Shown here: positions 18,093 to 26,485 of the stretch, in pieces
Layout of the letters: every line of letters starts with the position of its first letter
Position numbering within the stretch: the stretch's first letter is position 1
Assembly (NCBI GenBank): GCA_038056715.1
Contig: JBBUEZ010000012.1
Location: 1-33,816 of the forward strand
Source of the DNA: Patescibacteria group bacterium
Lineage (GTDB): Bacteria; Patescibacteriota; Minisyncoccia; Phycocordibacterales; JBBUEZ01
Length of the DNA: 33,816 bases
Direction of reading: 5' to 3'
Notes under the pieces: model-generated
Seen by the model: only the letters and a program-made list of their open reading frames with translations
What the model was told of the DNA's origin: nothing
Database searches by the model: none
Translations under genes and position numbers: made by a program

Positions 18093-18287
18093 ATGGCAAA
18101 AACACTAACAGAGAGAACAGATAAAGACCTCAAGCAGGAATTGAAGGATAAGCGAGAAAATTTGCGCGCTTTTCGTTTCGGTGTTTCGGGCAGTAAAGCA
18201 AAGAACCCGTACGAGGGACGAATACTCCGAAAAGAAATTGCGCGTATCATGACCGAACTTTTCTCGCGCGATAAAAAAACAACATAA
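18093..18287 (+). CDS. rpmC: 50S ribosomal protein L29
   Basis: LRKEIARIMT; operon position. Confidence 0.93.
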   Translation: MAKTLTERTDKDLKQELKDKRENLRAFRFGVSGSKAKNPYEGRILRKEIARIMTELFSRDKKTT

Positions 18288-18291
18288 CCCA

Positions 18292-18558
18292 ATGAACAAT
18301 ACAGTAACAAACAAAAAAAGGCGCCAGATCGTCGGCACGGTCGTGTCCGACAAGATGGACAAGACGGCGACTGTTTCTGTAACGCGATATGTGAAGCACC
18401 CGAAATACGGAAAATACATGCGCATCACGAAAAAATACAAGTCGCACGATCCGGAGAATACGTACAAGGAAGGCGACAGGGTGGTGATTGAGGAATGCGC
18501 GCCCATTTCAAAAGAGAAGAGATTTAGAGTAGTGGCCAAAGTAGTGAGTAGTGAGTAG
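18292..18558 (+). CDS. rpsQ: 30S ribosomal protein S17
   Basis: VVSDKMDKT, HPKYGK, PISKEKRF. Confidence 0.97.
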   Translation: MNNTVTNKKRRQIVGTVVSDKMDKTATVSVTRYVKHPKYGKYMRITKKYKSHDPENTYKEGDRVVIEECAPISKEKRFRVVAKVVSSE

Positions 18559-18603
18559 TGAGTAGTTGCAAATTCTTTACTACAAACTATCAACTACAAA
18601 CTA
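18540..18603. repeat. AGTAGTG-family hairpin element (rpsQ/rplN)
   Basis: (AGTAGTG)x3-AGTAGT ... ACTACAAACTATCAACTACAAACTA. Confidence 0.8.
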
Positions 18604-18616
18604 TTTATTGAAAATC

Positions 18617-18988
18617 ATGATTCAACCCCAAACAAAAGTAAGAGTAACCGATAATTCCGGCGCAAAAATAGCGCAGGTGTTTAAGATATTGGGAGGTACG
18701 CGAAGGCGCTATGCGGAGATTGGGGATGTTGTTGTCATTGCGGTAAAAGTCGCCGAACCGCGCAAGATGGTGAAGAAAAAAGACGTGCTGCATGCAGTCG
18801 TTGTACGCCAAACGAAACCGTATCGCCGCAAAGATGGTTCGTATATTCGTTTTGATGAGAATGCGGTAGTGATTATAGAAAAAGATAAACTTGAGCCGAA
18901 GGCAGGACGTATTTTTGGTCCGATACCGCGCGAGCTTGCCCTTCGCGGATACCAAAAGATCGTATCACTCGCGCCGGAAGTGGTGTAA
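18617..18988 (+). CDS. rplN: 50S ribosomal protein L14
   Basis: MIQPQT..DNSGAK, IRFDENA, SLAPEVV. Confidence 0.99.
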   Translation: MIQPQTKVRVTDNSGAKIAQVFKILGGTRRRYAEIGDVVVIAVKVAEPRKMVKKKDVLHAVVVRQTKPYRRKDGSYIRFDENAVVIIEKDKLEPKAGRIFGPIPRELALRGYQKIVSLAPEVV

Positions 18989-18991
18989 AAA

Positions 18992-19072
18992 TAGGGTGTA
19001 GCGTATAGGGTGGAGGGTTTAGAAAAAAACGTTCCTCTCTATACCCTAAACCCTATACCCTAAACCCTATAC
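18992..19072. repeat. TAGGGT-family hairpin element (rplN/rplX)
   Basis: TAGGGTGTAGCGTATAGGGTGGAGGGTTTAG ... CTATACCCTAAACCCTATACCCTAAACCCTATAC. Confidence 0.85.
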
Positions 19073-19074
19073 AT

Positions 19075-19380
19075 ATGAAAATCAAAAAAGGAGACAATGT
19101 AATAATTATCGCGGGAAAGGATAAAGGGTCCGAGGGGAAAGTCCTGCGCGTGTTTCCGAGCGCATCGCTCGCGCTTGTTGAGGGTGTGAATATGAAGAAG
19201 AAGCATCAAAAGGCGCGTAAGGGCGGTACGAAAGGGCAGATCGTGTCCTTTGCGGCGCCTATGCATATTTCCAACATTGCGCTCAAAGATCCGAAATCGG
19301 GTAAACCTTCGCGCGTCGGATATAAGATAGAAGGGGGAAAGAAAGTGCGGATTTCAAAAAAGAGCGGGGCAATAATATAA
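19075..19380 (+). CDS. rplX: 50S ribosomal protein L24
   Basis: KIKKGDNV..IAGKDKG (KOW), PMHISN. Confidence 0.98.
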   Translation: MKIKKGDNVIIIAGKDKGSEGKVLRVFPSASLALVEGVNMKKKHQKARKGGTKGQIVSFAAPMHISNIALKDPKSGKPSRVGYKIEGGKKVRISKKSGAII

Positions 19381-19381
19381 A

Positions 19382-19499
19382 ACACGACGCAAATATCACG
19401 AATAAGCACGAATGACACGAATAAACTCGCATCGGCATAGATAATAATGTTGCAGCCCATTCGCGTCATTCGCATGTATTTGTGGATTGGTGTCGCATT
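19382..19499. repeat. CGAAT-family hairpin element (rplX/rplE)
   Basis: ACACGACGCAAATATCACGAATAAGCACGAATGACACGAAT ...; right arm 19456-19499 identical to 16259-16302. Confidence 0.9.
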
Positions 19500-19518
19500 A
19501 TTACCGACAAACTAAACT

Positions 19519-20052
19519 ATGAAGACCACAAAAGAAAAACAGAATAAAGCATTTGAGATTCTCAAGGAGCGTTTTGGATATGTGAATCGGATGGAAGCGC
19601 CGCGCCTCGTGAAAATCGTGGTAAGCGTCGGCACGGGTTCTACGAAAGATAAAGAGAAACTCAAAATTATTCCCGACCGTCTTGCAAAGATTACGGGACA
19701 AAAGCCGGCACCGCGCGCATCAAAAAAATCTATTGCCACATGGAAATTGCGAGAAGGAGAGGTAGTGGGGCAAGTTGTCACTCTTCGAGGGGCGCGCATG
19801 CTTTCTTTTTTTGACAAACTGATCAACGTTACGCTTCCGCGCACGCGCGATTTCAAGGGCATTGCGCGCACCGCGGTTGATGAAATGGGAAATCTCACAA
19901 TAGGCGTTAAAGAACACACAGTGTTCCCCGAAGCGTCCGATGAAGAATTGAAAAATGTGTTCGGCATGGCGATCACGGTTGTTACAACAGCAGAAAACAA
20001 AGAAGAAGCGACCGCCCTTTTTGAACATTTGGGCGTGCCATTTAAGAAATAG
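19519..20052 (+). CDS. rplE: 50S ribosomal protein L5
   Basis: ITGQKP, KLREG..VTLRG, LPRTRDFKG. Confidence 0.98.
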   Translation: MKTTKEKQNKAFEILKERFGYVNRMEAPRLVKIVVSVGTGSTKDKEKLKIIPDRLAKITGQKPAPRASKKSIATWKLREGEVVGQVVTLRGARMLSFFDKLINVTLPRTRDFKGIARTAVDEMGNLTIGVKEHTVFPEASDEELKNVFGMAITVVTTAENKEEATALFEHLGVPFKK

Positions 20053-20061
20053 TTGAACAAA

Positions 20062-20098
20062 GAAAAATCCGCCCGCCAAATGGCGGGTTTTTCTTTTT
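20062..20098 (+). terminator. Intrinsic terminator after rplE
   Basis: CCCGCC-aaat-GGCGGG-TTTTTCTTTTT. Confidence 0.8.
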
Positions 20099-20151
20099 GG
20101 GCAAAATGGCGTATAGTAGATGGAGATTTTTACAGAGAGAGGAAGGGAACA

Positions 20152-20721
20152 ATGAGCAGAGAGTTTATACGTTTTATCTTAGGCGGGCGGTTGCGGCTTA
20201 CTGCGATTGCGTGCGGCGACGTTCCGACAGATCGCGAGAGATTCTCCCGCTTTGAACGGCGGGTTGTGTTTGCGCATGCGCCAGGGAAGCACGACCCTGA
20301 CGGAATGAGCAAAACCGTTGTTGTTGCGCGGTTTGAGAAGTTGGTATCTGGAGAATTTGGTCTCAAGCGCAAGGATAGAGCGTACTTTGATCTTTCTTTG
20401 CGCAAGTGGTTTGCCATCACGGAAGACGGTGAGGAAATTGTTTTCCGTGCGGAGCTTGTCGGTCAGTTTTATTTGACCGAGCGGGAACGGATGGAGAAAT
20501 TTGGATTTGTGATCGCGGGGAAGGATATTTGGAGGATTCTCTTCCGCGTGTTATACAAAAACAGAAAAGATTTGTTTTGCCAACCGCCAGCCATTCTGCA
20601 CGTGTTGGATAAAAGAGGTGCCGCACTGGATGCGTATGCAAGGGAGATGTTGTCGGAGCAGCATGATTGGTTTGCGCCCGAAGAGCGCGCACTCATTGAA
20701 GAATACTTAGGGACCCGATAG
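20152..20721 (+). CDS. Hypothetical protein
   Basis: About 189 aa ORF, purine-rich SD (GAGAGGAAGGG), followed by a GGGACCC/GGGTCC-T9 terminator. Confidence 0.7.
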   Translation: MSREFIRFILGGRLRLTAIACGDVPTDRERFSRFERRVVFAHAPGKHDPDGMSKTVVVARFEKLVSGEFGLKRKDRAYFDLSLRKWFAITEDGEEIVFRAELVGQFYLTERERMEKFGFVIAGKDIWRILFRVLYKNRKDLFCQPPAILHVLDKRGAALDAYAREMLSEQHDWFAPEERALIEEYLGTR

Positions 20722-20818
20722 GGTCCTTTTTTTTTGCGCTAAAATCGCAGTTGCATTACTACGGCTACCTTTGATAGAATCTTTTCTGGAAAGAGCGTAT
20801 AAACAGGAGAAGGCGCAC

Positions 20819-21904
20819 ATGAAAAAACACGAAACGCAGTCCTGGAAGGCGCGCGTTGCCTGCAACCAGGCGGAGAGAGTTGCACATACTGCGCGATGGG
20901 TTCTTACGATAGACGGTAAAGGGGCAGTCCTCTCGGTTGTGCAAAATAAACCGCATCAATTGGATGTAATGGCGGTGATAGGACCGGCGGAGGCGGGTGG
21001 GATTCGGTACGAACAAACCGTCCTCGTGGAGATTGGCATAAGGAGGGGGAAACCGTATTCACAGGGAAAGCCGATAGATTCACTCACGGGCAAAAGGAAA
21101 AGGATTTTTACACGGCAGAAATTTGCGACGATTGATCTTCCTCGTCTTTGCCGGATGTGGAAGAGATTGGAGTCTGTGATGGTGGAAGAGGCATCAGGCA
21201 TGTCGCGCGTCGGTATTCTATTCCAACGCGGGAAACAGGAACTTCTGGATGGAATCGTATTTACGATTTCAGAAAAAGACCCGCTGATGCTCGCTGCCAT
21301 ACTCCAATCGGAGAGGCGAATGAGAACAAATCCGCTTGATGAGGATATGGAGAAAGCAGCGATTTTTTTGAGGAGAACGCTGGAACCGCACAATGATCTA
21401 TCTTTCGCGCCAAAAAAAGACATCGTCCGTGCTGTAGGACGGAAAAGGTCTGGACTTGAGAAGGCGTTATGGTTTCTGAATCATCGTTGCTTCTTGCCCC
21501 ACCAGCGGTATCTCGTTGAGAAACTGCTTTGGGAAACCCCCGCGTGGGACATATACGCACGGCTCATGCGTGATTTTCTAAGCGATACGCACGGAACATA
21601 CACTGAACCGGACCCGCGCGTTTCCGTATGGGGAGCACTTCTTGAATTACGGAACGTTCCGACATTCAATGGGGTGTATGTCTGGACAAGGAAAGAGTCA
21701 TTCCATCGGCGGCAAAAACGAATCAGAGGAAACGAAGGTCGCCGTGCGTATTTTTTCAGTGATGTTCTTACGCTTTACTTCACTCCGGAGGAGATTGTGG
21801 AGGAAGTGAGGATGGAGAGGAAAGGAGATTTGATCCTTCCCGACGGTGCGCGGAGAACTATCCGTCGGTATCAGGAGAACAAGAGCGACGATATTCCATT
21901 TTAA
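20819..21904 (+). CDS. Hypothetical protein
   Basis: About 361 aa ORF, AGGAG SD, upstream TTGCAT-18-TAGAAT promoter; ends DDIPF (SSB-like acidic tip). Confidence 0.75.
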   Translation: MKKHETQSWKARVACNQAERVAHTARWVLTIDGKGAVLSVVQNKPHQLDVMAVIGPAEAGGIRYEQTVLVEIGIRRGKPYSQGKPIDSLTGKRKRIFTRQKFATIDLPRLCRMWKRLESVMVEEASGMSRVGILFQRGKQELLDGIVFTISEKDPLMLAAILQSERRMRTNPLDEDMEKAAIFLRRTLEPHNDLSFAPKKDIVRAVGRKRSGLEKALWFLNHRCFLPHQRYLVEKLLWETPAWDIYARLMRDFLSDTHGTYTEPDPRVSVWGALLELRNVPTFNGVYVWTRKESFHRRQKRIRGNEGRRAYFFSDVLTLYFTPEEIVEEVRMERKGDLILPDGARRTIRRYQENKSDDIPF

Positions 21905-21937
21905 AGGCCGTCTTTCGCATCCTGCGAAAGACGGCCT
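21905..21937. terminator. Bidirectional terminator hairpin
   Basis: AGGCCGTCTTTCGCA-tcc-TGCGAAAGACGGCCT, 15-bp perfect stem between convergent genes. Confidence 0.85.
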
Positions 21938-21938
21938 C

Positions 21939-22994
21939 TTATTTTTCTCGAAGGACAAACAATCCTTCCTGATAATAGTCCCACGAGGGGACTCCGTGTC
22001 GGCATGTGTCACATGCAGGGCATCGCCCGCATGTCGTTGCCTCGCGGCGCAAAGCATTCCCCGTTTTCATCCATCCGGAATGATTGAACTCCGCTTCCTC
22101 CGGAAAAGGGAGTTTCAGGAACACGTCTTTTTTGCGTACGGCGGGGTCAACACCATTTTTTCTCATATGCCTACGACGGGACTCCATCTTTTCCCCCGTT
22201 ATATCAAACCCCTGATTCCACGGGCTCTTATTGCAGAGCGCGGAGGATAAGAGCCACAGTGCGTCGCACACCTTTGACATCGGATACTCGGGATGCCGTT
22301 CGTGAAAATATGCGAGCGCGTCAAGCGCCGCCACTTGAACATCGTCACAGTATCGAAACGGCACCGTGTCCGACACGATAACTCCGTTTGCCGTCAGTAC
22401 GCGAATGATGTGGAAATCAATCGCCATACTGAACTTTGCATCCGGAATCAGTCTTTGGTCCAAGAGAAAGTAAGTGAGCATCCCCGACATTTTTCTTTGG
22501 AATCCGTGAAATCCCGCGAAGCCGTTCGCGCGTTCTTTCTTCCCGACGCGTTTATTCGCGACGATTTCGTGTATTGCACGGTAGTCTTCCATTCCGGCAT
22601 AGATGGCGCGCGGATCGTTCGCATAATGCTCGGCAAGGAGCTGCGAGTTATCAATCCAAAACTGCGCAATTTGTCCGGAGTGGTAATTGATCTTGCCGCG
22701 CAGGTATTTCTCAAGGTCTTCCTTGTTCTCATTCTGCGCCGTGTTTGGCACGAATAGATTCGGCCGCTCATTGCGCATTTCCGCGAGCCTGCGAATTGCC
22801 ATCGTACTGTTGATGGCGCCACGCATGTAATGGCAGGCGTAGAACCAGAATTGGCTCTGCTCAAGACGATTCCCGTCTATTCGTACCGAATCTTGAGGCC
22901 GGAGCGCATTCTCAAACGGAAACTCGTTTGACATGAGCGCTTCGGCGATAGCGAGTATCACCTCTATCGCTCTTTCATAGTTTACAATGAACAT
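21939..22994 (-). CDS. Divergent HhH-GPD superfamily (endonuclease III-like) protein with a Cys cluster
   Basis: FHGFQRKMSGML (HhH with Lys), AIDFHIIRV (VDTHxxR-like), DALWLLSSALC ... CGRCPACDTC. Confidence 0.65.
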   Translation of the reverse strand: MFIVNYERAIEVILAIAEALMSNEFPFENALRPQDSVRIDGNRLEQSQFWFYACHYMRGAINSTMAIRRLAEMRNERPNLFVPNTAQNENKEDLEKYLRGKINYHSGQIAQFWIDNSQLLAEHYANDPRAIYAGMEDYRAIHEIVANKRVGKKERANGFAGFHGFQRKMSGMLTYFLLDQRLIPDAKFSMAIDFHIIRVLTANGVIVSDTVPFRYCDDVQVAALDALAYFHERHPEYPMSKVCDALWLLSSALCNKSPWNQGFDITGEKMESRRRHMRKNGVDPAVRKKDVFLKLPFPEEAEFNHSGWMKTGNALRREATTCGRCPACDTCRHGVPSWDYYQEGLFVLREK

Positions 22995-23255
22995 GGGGTT
23001 ACCCTTTTTAATTGTCTGCCCGCAGGTTATCAGAAGAGGGGGGCACGTGTCCACATCTAGTCTTGTCCAACATCCGGTATTTGACAGAGGGGAACCTCGC
23101 CCCGTCCCCTGTATATTTGTTGCGGGTTTTTGAAAAGCATGATAGCATACATCTCGTGCTGCTTTAATCCGTCTTTCTCCTTGTGGGCTGCCCTACAAGA
23201 AAAAAGATGTGATATTGAGTAGGCACAGGCGCAAAATGCGCTCCGCTTATTGCTT

Positions 23256-23441
23256 ATGGCAAAAACATCCACGTACGTCCGATCTCTGAAGACACCGAAA
23301 TTTTCATCGCGCATTGTTCTGCGCTGTTTTCGGTGCGGGAGAAAGCGCGGATATATGCGCGATTTCGGACTATGCCGCATCTGCTTCCGCGAACTTGCAA
23401 GCGAAGGAAAGATTCCCGGAATAAGAAAATCTTCTTGGTAA
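23256..23441 (+). CDS. rpsZ: 30S ribosomal protein S14, zinc-binding type Z
   Basis: [26 protein letters not shown]. Confidence 0.97.
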   Translation: MAKTSTYVRSLKTPKFSSRIVLRCFRCGRKRGYMRDFGLCRICFRELASEGKIPGIRKSSW

Positions 23442-23446
23442 TGATG

Positions 23447-23534
23447 AGTCAAAAGTAAAAAGTCCGTAAAGTCCGTAAAGTTGGCACAAAAGTTTTGACT
23501 TTATAGACTTTGGACTTTACAGACTTTATAGACT
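23447..23534. repeat. AAAGT-family hairpin element (rpsZ/rpsH)
   Basis: AAAGTCCGTAAAGTCCGTAAAGT ... ACTTTATAGACTTTGGACTTTACAGACTTTATAGACT. Confidence 0.9.
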
Positions 23535-23540
23535 AAATCT

Positions 23541-23927
23541 ATGGATCCCATTTCAAACATGTTGAATAGCATCAAGAACGCCGGAGCGGTAAAGCTCCCG
23601 AGTGTTGTCGTGCCGCATTCAAATCTTTGTTTTGCTGTCGCGGAACTTTTAGCGCGAGAAGGATACGTTGCGTCTGTGGCGAAAAAAGGGAAGAAGACGC
23701 GCAAATATATTGAGGTCGGTGTTTCGTATGTCGGCGCTCGGCCGCGCGTGACGGGCGTACAGCGCCTTTCCAAGCCGTCTCGGCGTATGTATATGGGCGT
23801 TCGCGATATGCGTCCCGTTCGGCAGGGGTATGGACTTCTGGTCCTTTCAACCCCGAAAGGTCTTATGACGGGAAGTGAGGCACGGAAAGAACACGTTGGA
23901 GGAGAGGTGTTATTTAAGATTTGGTAA
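23541..23927 (+). CDS. rpsH: 30S ribosomal protein S8
   Basis: MDPISNML, SKPSRRMY, LSTPKG, VGGEVL. Confidence 0.98.
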   Translation: MDPISNMLNSIKNAGAVKLPSVVVPHSNLCFAVAELLAREGYVASVAKKGKKTRKYIEVGVSYVGARPRVTGVQRLSKPSRRMYMGVRDMRPVRQGYGLLVLSTPKGLMTGSEARKEHVGGEVLFKIW

Positions 23928-23936
23928 TGGCTTTGC

Positions 23937-24119
23937 CCACCGTTTCAGTGCTGAACGAAGTTAAGCGCTGAAACGGTGGATGCAAAACATTATCCAGCAC
24001 CTATTTTCCGGCACATAGCGCATCGTCTGTGGTCATACAACTACGGATGAGACATGAAAATAAAAATGTGTCTGCAAAACACATTTTTGAAACGATTTGT
24101 GAGGGAAAATAGGTGCTGG
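23937..24119. repeat. Long hairpin plus structured element with 16-bp perfect terminal inverted repeats
   Basis: CCACCGTTTCAG..CTGAAACGGTGG (23937-23979); CCAGCACCTATTTTCC (23994-24009) / GGAAAATAGGTGCTGG (24104-24119). Confidence 0.75.
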
Positions 24120-24203
24120 GTGCTCAATGTTGTAGTTATTTTTAACTCGCATTGGGCATTGCCTATCGGCAGGCAGGCCGTAAAAAATAAACAACATTGG
24201 CAC

Positions 24204-24737
24204 ATGAGTAGAATCGGCAAACAACCTATAGTGATCCCCGAAAAAACCTCCGTAACGCGAGAGGGGGATATGATCGTGGTGAAAGGACCGCTTGGAGAAT
24301 TGAAGCGGGAGTTTCTTCCGGATGTGGCAATCACGATCGGTGATGGAGTTATCACGCTTGCTCCCGCGGATGAAAAGCCGTTTTCAAAAATCCTGTGGGG
24401 CACATATGCCTCTCATCTTCGGAATATGATTACAGGTGTGAATGTACCGTTCAAGAAAGCGCTTTTTATTGAGGGTGTTGGATTCCGCGCCGAGGTTTCA
24501 GGAAAGAAGCTCGTGCTTTCCATCGGATTCTCGCATAAGGTGGAAATGCCGATTCCCGAAGGTATTGCCATGACGAGCGAGAAAGGGGCGATGACGATCA
24601 CGGGGATTGATAAAGAACTCGTCGGACAATTTGCGGCAAAAGTGCGCGCGAAGAAAAAACCGGAGCCGTATAAAGGAAAGGGCATCAGATATGAAGGCGA
24701 AGTGATACGACGCAAGCAGGGGAAGAAGACAGCGTAA
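24204..24737 (+). CDS. rplF: 50S ribosomal protein L6
   Basis: MSRIGKQP, PEPYKGKGIRY. Confidence 0.99.
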   Translation: MSRIGKQPIVIPEKTSVTREGDMIVVKGPLGELKREFLPDVAITIGDGVITLAPADEKPFSKILWGTYASHLRNMITGVNVPFKKALFIEGVGFRAEVSGKKLVLSIGFSHKVEMPIPEGIAMTSEKGAMTITGIDKELVGQFAAKVRAKKKPEPYKGKGIRYEGEVIRRKQGKKTA

Positions 24738-24742
24738 AATGT

Positions 24743-24787
24743 AACTAAGAACTAAGAACTGAGAACTGAGAACAGGGGACAGAAAAC
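24743..24787. repeat. AGAACT-family solo left arm (rplF/rplR)
   Basis: AACTAAGAACTAAGAACTGAGAACTGAGAACAGGGGACAGAAAAC, 7-nt period. Confidence 0.75.
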
Positions 24788-24794
24788 AAGAAAT

Positions 24795-25145
24795 ATGAGC
24801 AAAAAAAATAAAAAAACAAAATTACGAGAACGGCGTCATGCGCGCATCCGTGCTAAAATCAAAGGTACGGCATCTCGTCCGCGGCTCGCACTCTTTAAGT
24901 CAAATACGCGCATCATCGCGCAACTCATTGATGACGTGAGAGGCGTAACGATCGCGGCGGTATCGGATGGCGATGTAAAGGGGAAAACAAAAACGGAGTG
25001 CGCACAGAAAGCGGGAATTGCGCTTGCGGAGGCGGCCGCAAAAAAGGGAGTGACGAAGGTAGTGTTTGATCGCGGAGGGTTCCTCTACACCGGCCGCGTG
25101 AAGGCATTTGCCGATGGCGCACGGAGAGGCGGACTGGAATTCTAA
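24795..25145 (+). CDS. rplR: 50S ribosomal protein L18
   Basis: [22 protein letters not shown]. Confidence 0.98.
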   Translation: MSKKNKKTKLRERRHARIRAKIKGTASRPRLALFKSNTRIIAQLIDDVRGVTIAAVSDGDVKGKTKTECAQKAGIALAEAAAKKGVTKVVFDRGGFLYTGRVKAFADGARRGGLEF

Positions 25146-25241
25146 AGTAAGTAGTAAATAGTTGGTAGTGAGTAGCAAAAACACACAAAACGAAATATTA
25201 CACACTACACACTACTCACTACACACTACTCACTACAAACT
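25146..25241. repeat. AGTAGTG-family hairpin element (rplR/rpsE)
   Basis: AGTAAGTAGTAAATAGTTGGTAGTGAGTAG ... CACTACACACTACTCACTACACACTACTCACTACAAACT. Confidence 0.88.
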
Positions 25242-25249
25242 AAATCATC

Positions 25250-25915
25250 ATGACAACAACGACACCACAAGCGCATACGGGAGGAAACAATAGGGGCCAT
25301 AGGGGAGCATCTTTTTCCGGTCGTTCGCCGCGCGGAGGAAGAGAGGGCGGCAACCGCGGAGGAAGAGGCGGGAAATTAGGCGGCGGTCCGCATCGCGGAG
25401 GGCGCCCGAAGTTTTTTGAAAAGCCGGAATTTGACCAAAAGATTATTGATACGAAACGCGTGACGCGCGTGGTTTCAGGTGGGCGCCGATTCAATTTCAA
25501 AATCATCATGGTTGTGGGGGACAGAAACGGACGCGTGGGTGTTGGAACCGGAAAAGGAGGAGACACCGCGCTTGCGATAGAAAAAGCGCTTAGGAGCGCG
25601 AAACGAAACATTCTAACGATTTCTCGCACGAAAGACGGCTCCATTCCGCACGAGGTTTCGGCGAAATATTCTTCCGCACGCGTACGTATCATGCCGGCAT
25701 CCGGCCGCGGGTTAATCGCCGGAAGCTCGCTTCGTGTCGTGCTTGACCTTGCGGGCGTGCGAGACGTTGTTGCGAAAGTTATCTCTCCGTCAAAAAATTC
25801 ACTTAACATTGCGCAAGCGGCAGTAGAGGCGCTCAAAACAATATCATCAAAAACTAAAAGGCACGACACCAATACACGAATGAAAACGAATGACACCAAT
25901 GAAAACACCGCTTAG
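25250..25915 (+). CDS. rpsE: 30S ribosomal protein S5 (RGG-rich N-terminal and repeat-derived C-terminal extensions)
   Basis: RVTRVVSGGRRF, VGVGTGK, GLIAG. Confidence 0.97.
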   Translation: MTTTTPQAHTGGNNRGHRGASFSGRSPRGGREGGNRGGRGGKLGGGPHRGGRPKFFEKPEFDQKIIDTKRVTRVVSGGRRFNFKIIMVVGDRNGRVGVGTGKGGDTALAIEKALRSAKRNILTISRTKDGSIPHEVSAKYSSARVRIMPASGRGLIAGSSLRVVLDLAGVRDVVAKVISPSKNSLNIAQAAVEALKTISSKTKRHDTNTRMKTNDTNENTA

Positions 25916-25957
25916 TATTCGCGGTATTCGCGCGCATTCGTAATTAGTGCCATGTGT
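25862..25957. repeat. CGAAT-family hairpin element overlapping the rpsE 3' end
   Basis: CACGACACCAATACACGAATGAAAACGAATGACACCAAT ... ATTCGCGGTATTCGCGCGCATTCGTAATTAGTGCCATGTG. Confidence 0.88.
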
Positions 25958-25967
25958 ACATATTATT

Positions 25968-26420
25968 ATGCAATTACATCAACTGAAAAGAAAGAATCCG
26001 AATAAGAAAAGTCCGCGCGTCGGGCGCGGAGGCAAGCGCGGAAAAACATCCGGACGCGGAGGAAAAGGGCAGACCGCGCGCGCAGGGCATAAGGTGCGCC
26101 CGGAAATGCGCGATACCATCAAGAAACTCCCGAAGCGTAGAGGGTATGGCAAGAATCGCGCGCGAACGGTGTACACTGATCGCCCGCGTCCGGTAATCGT
26201 GAACGTGGATGTGTTGGAGCGCTTGTACAAGGACGGAGAAACGGTTGTGGCGGCGACTCTCTTTGAAAAAGGAGCGATTCGCCGCAAAGGCGGGCGTATT
26301 CCTTCCGTAAAGATTTTGGGGAATGGCGCGCTTACCAAAAAGTTATCAATTTTCGGATGCGCGGTATCAGCGGAGGCGCAGAAGAAGATTGAAGCGGTAG
26401 GAGGAACAATCAAACAGTGA
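25968..26420 (+). CDS. rplO: 50S ribosomal protein L15
   Basis: RVGRG..GKTSGRGGKGQTARAG, VKILGNG. Confidence 0.97.
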   Translation: MQLHQLKRKNPNKKSPRVGRGGKRGKTSGRGGKGQTARAGHKVRPEMRDTIKKLPKRRGYGKNRARTVYTDRPRPVIVNVDVLERLYKDGETVVAATLFEKGAIRRKGGRIPSVKILGNGALTKKLSIFGCAVSAEAQKKIEAVGGTIKQ

Positions 26421-26479
26421 GTAGTAGTTAGTAAGTGGTGGGTAGTAAAGAAAAATACTCGTTACCCACTGCTCACTCA
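26416..26479. repeat. AGTAGTG-family degenerate hairpin (rplO/secY)
   Basis: AGTGAGTAGTAGTTAGTAAGTGGTGGGTAG ... TACTCGTTACCCACTGCTCACT. Confidence 0.7.
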
Positions 26480-26485
26480 TCACGT

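Noticed and set aside
19039-19072. CCCTAAA resembling plant telomere repeats
   Set aside because: Only two exact units alternating with CCCTATA, paired with an upstream complementary arm in a bacterial operon; it is one of the hairpin families
5055-25957. CGAAT repeats as a CRISPR array
   Set aside because: Dispersed singly between genes, degenerate, no repeat-spacer periodicity, no cas genes
25916-25967. Missing rpmD (L30)
   Set aside because: Established general feature of CPR bacteria; used only as a taxonomic clue
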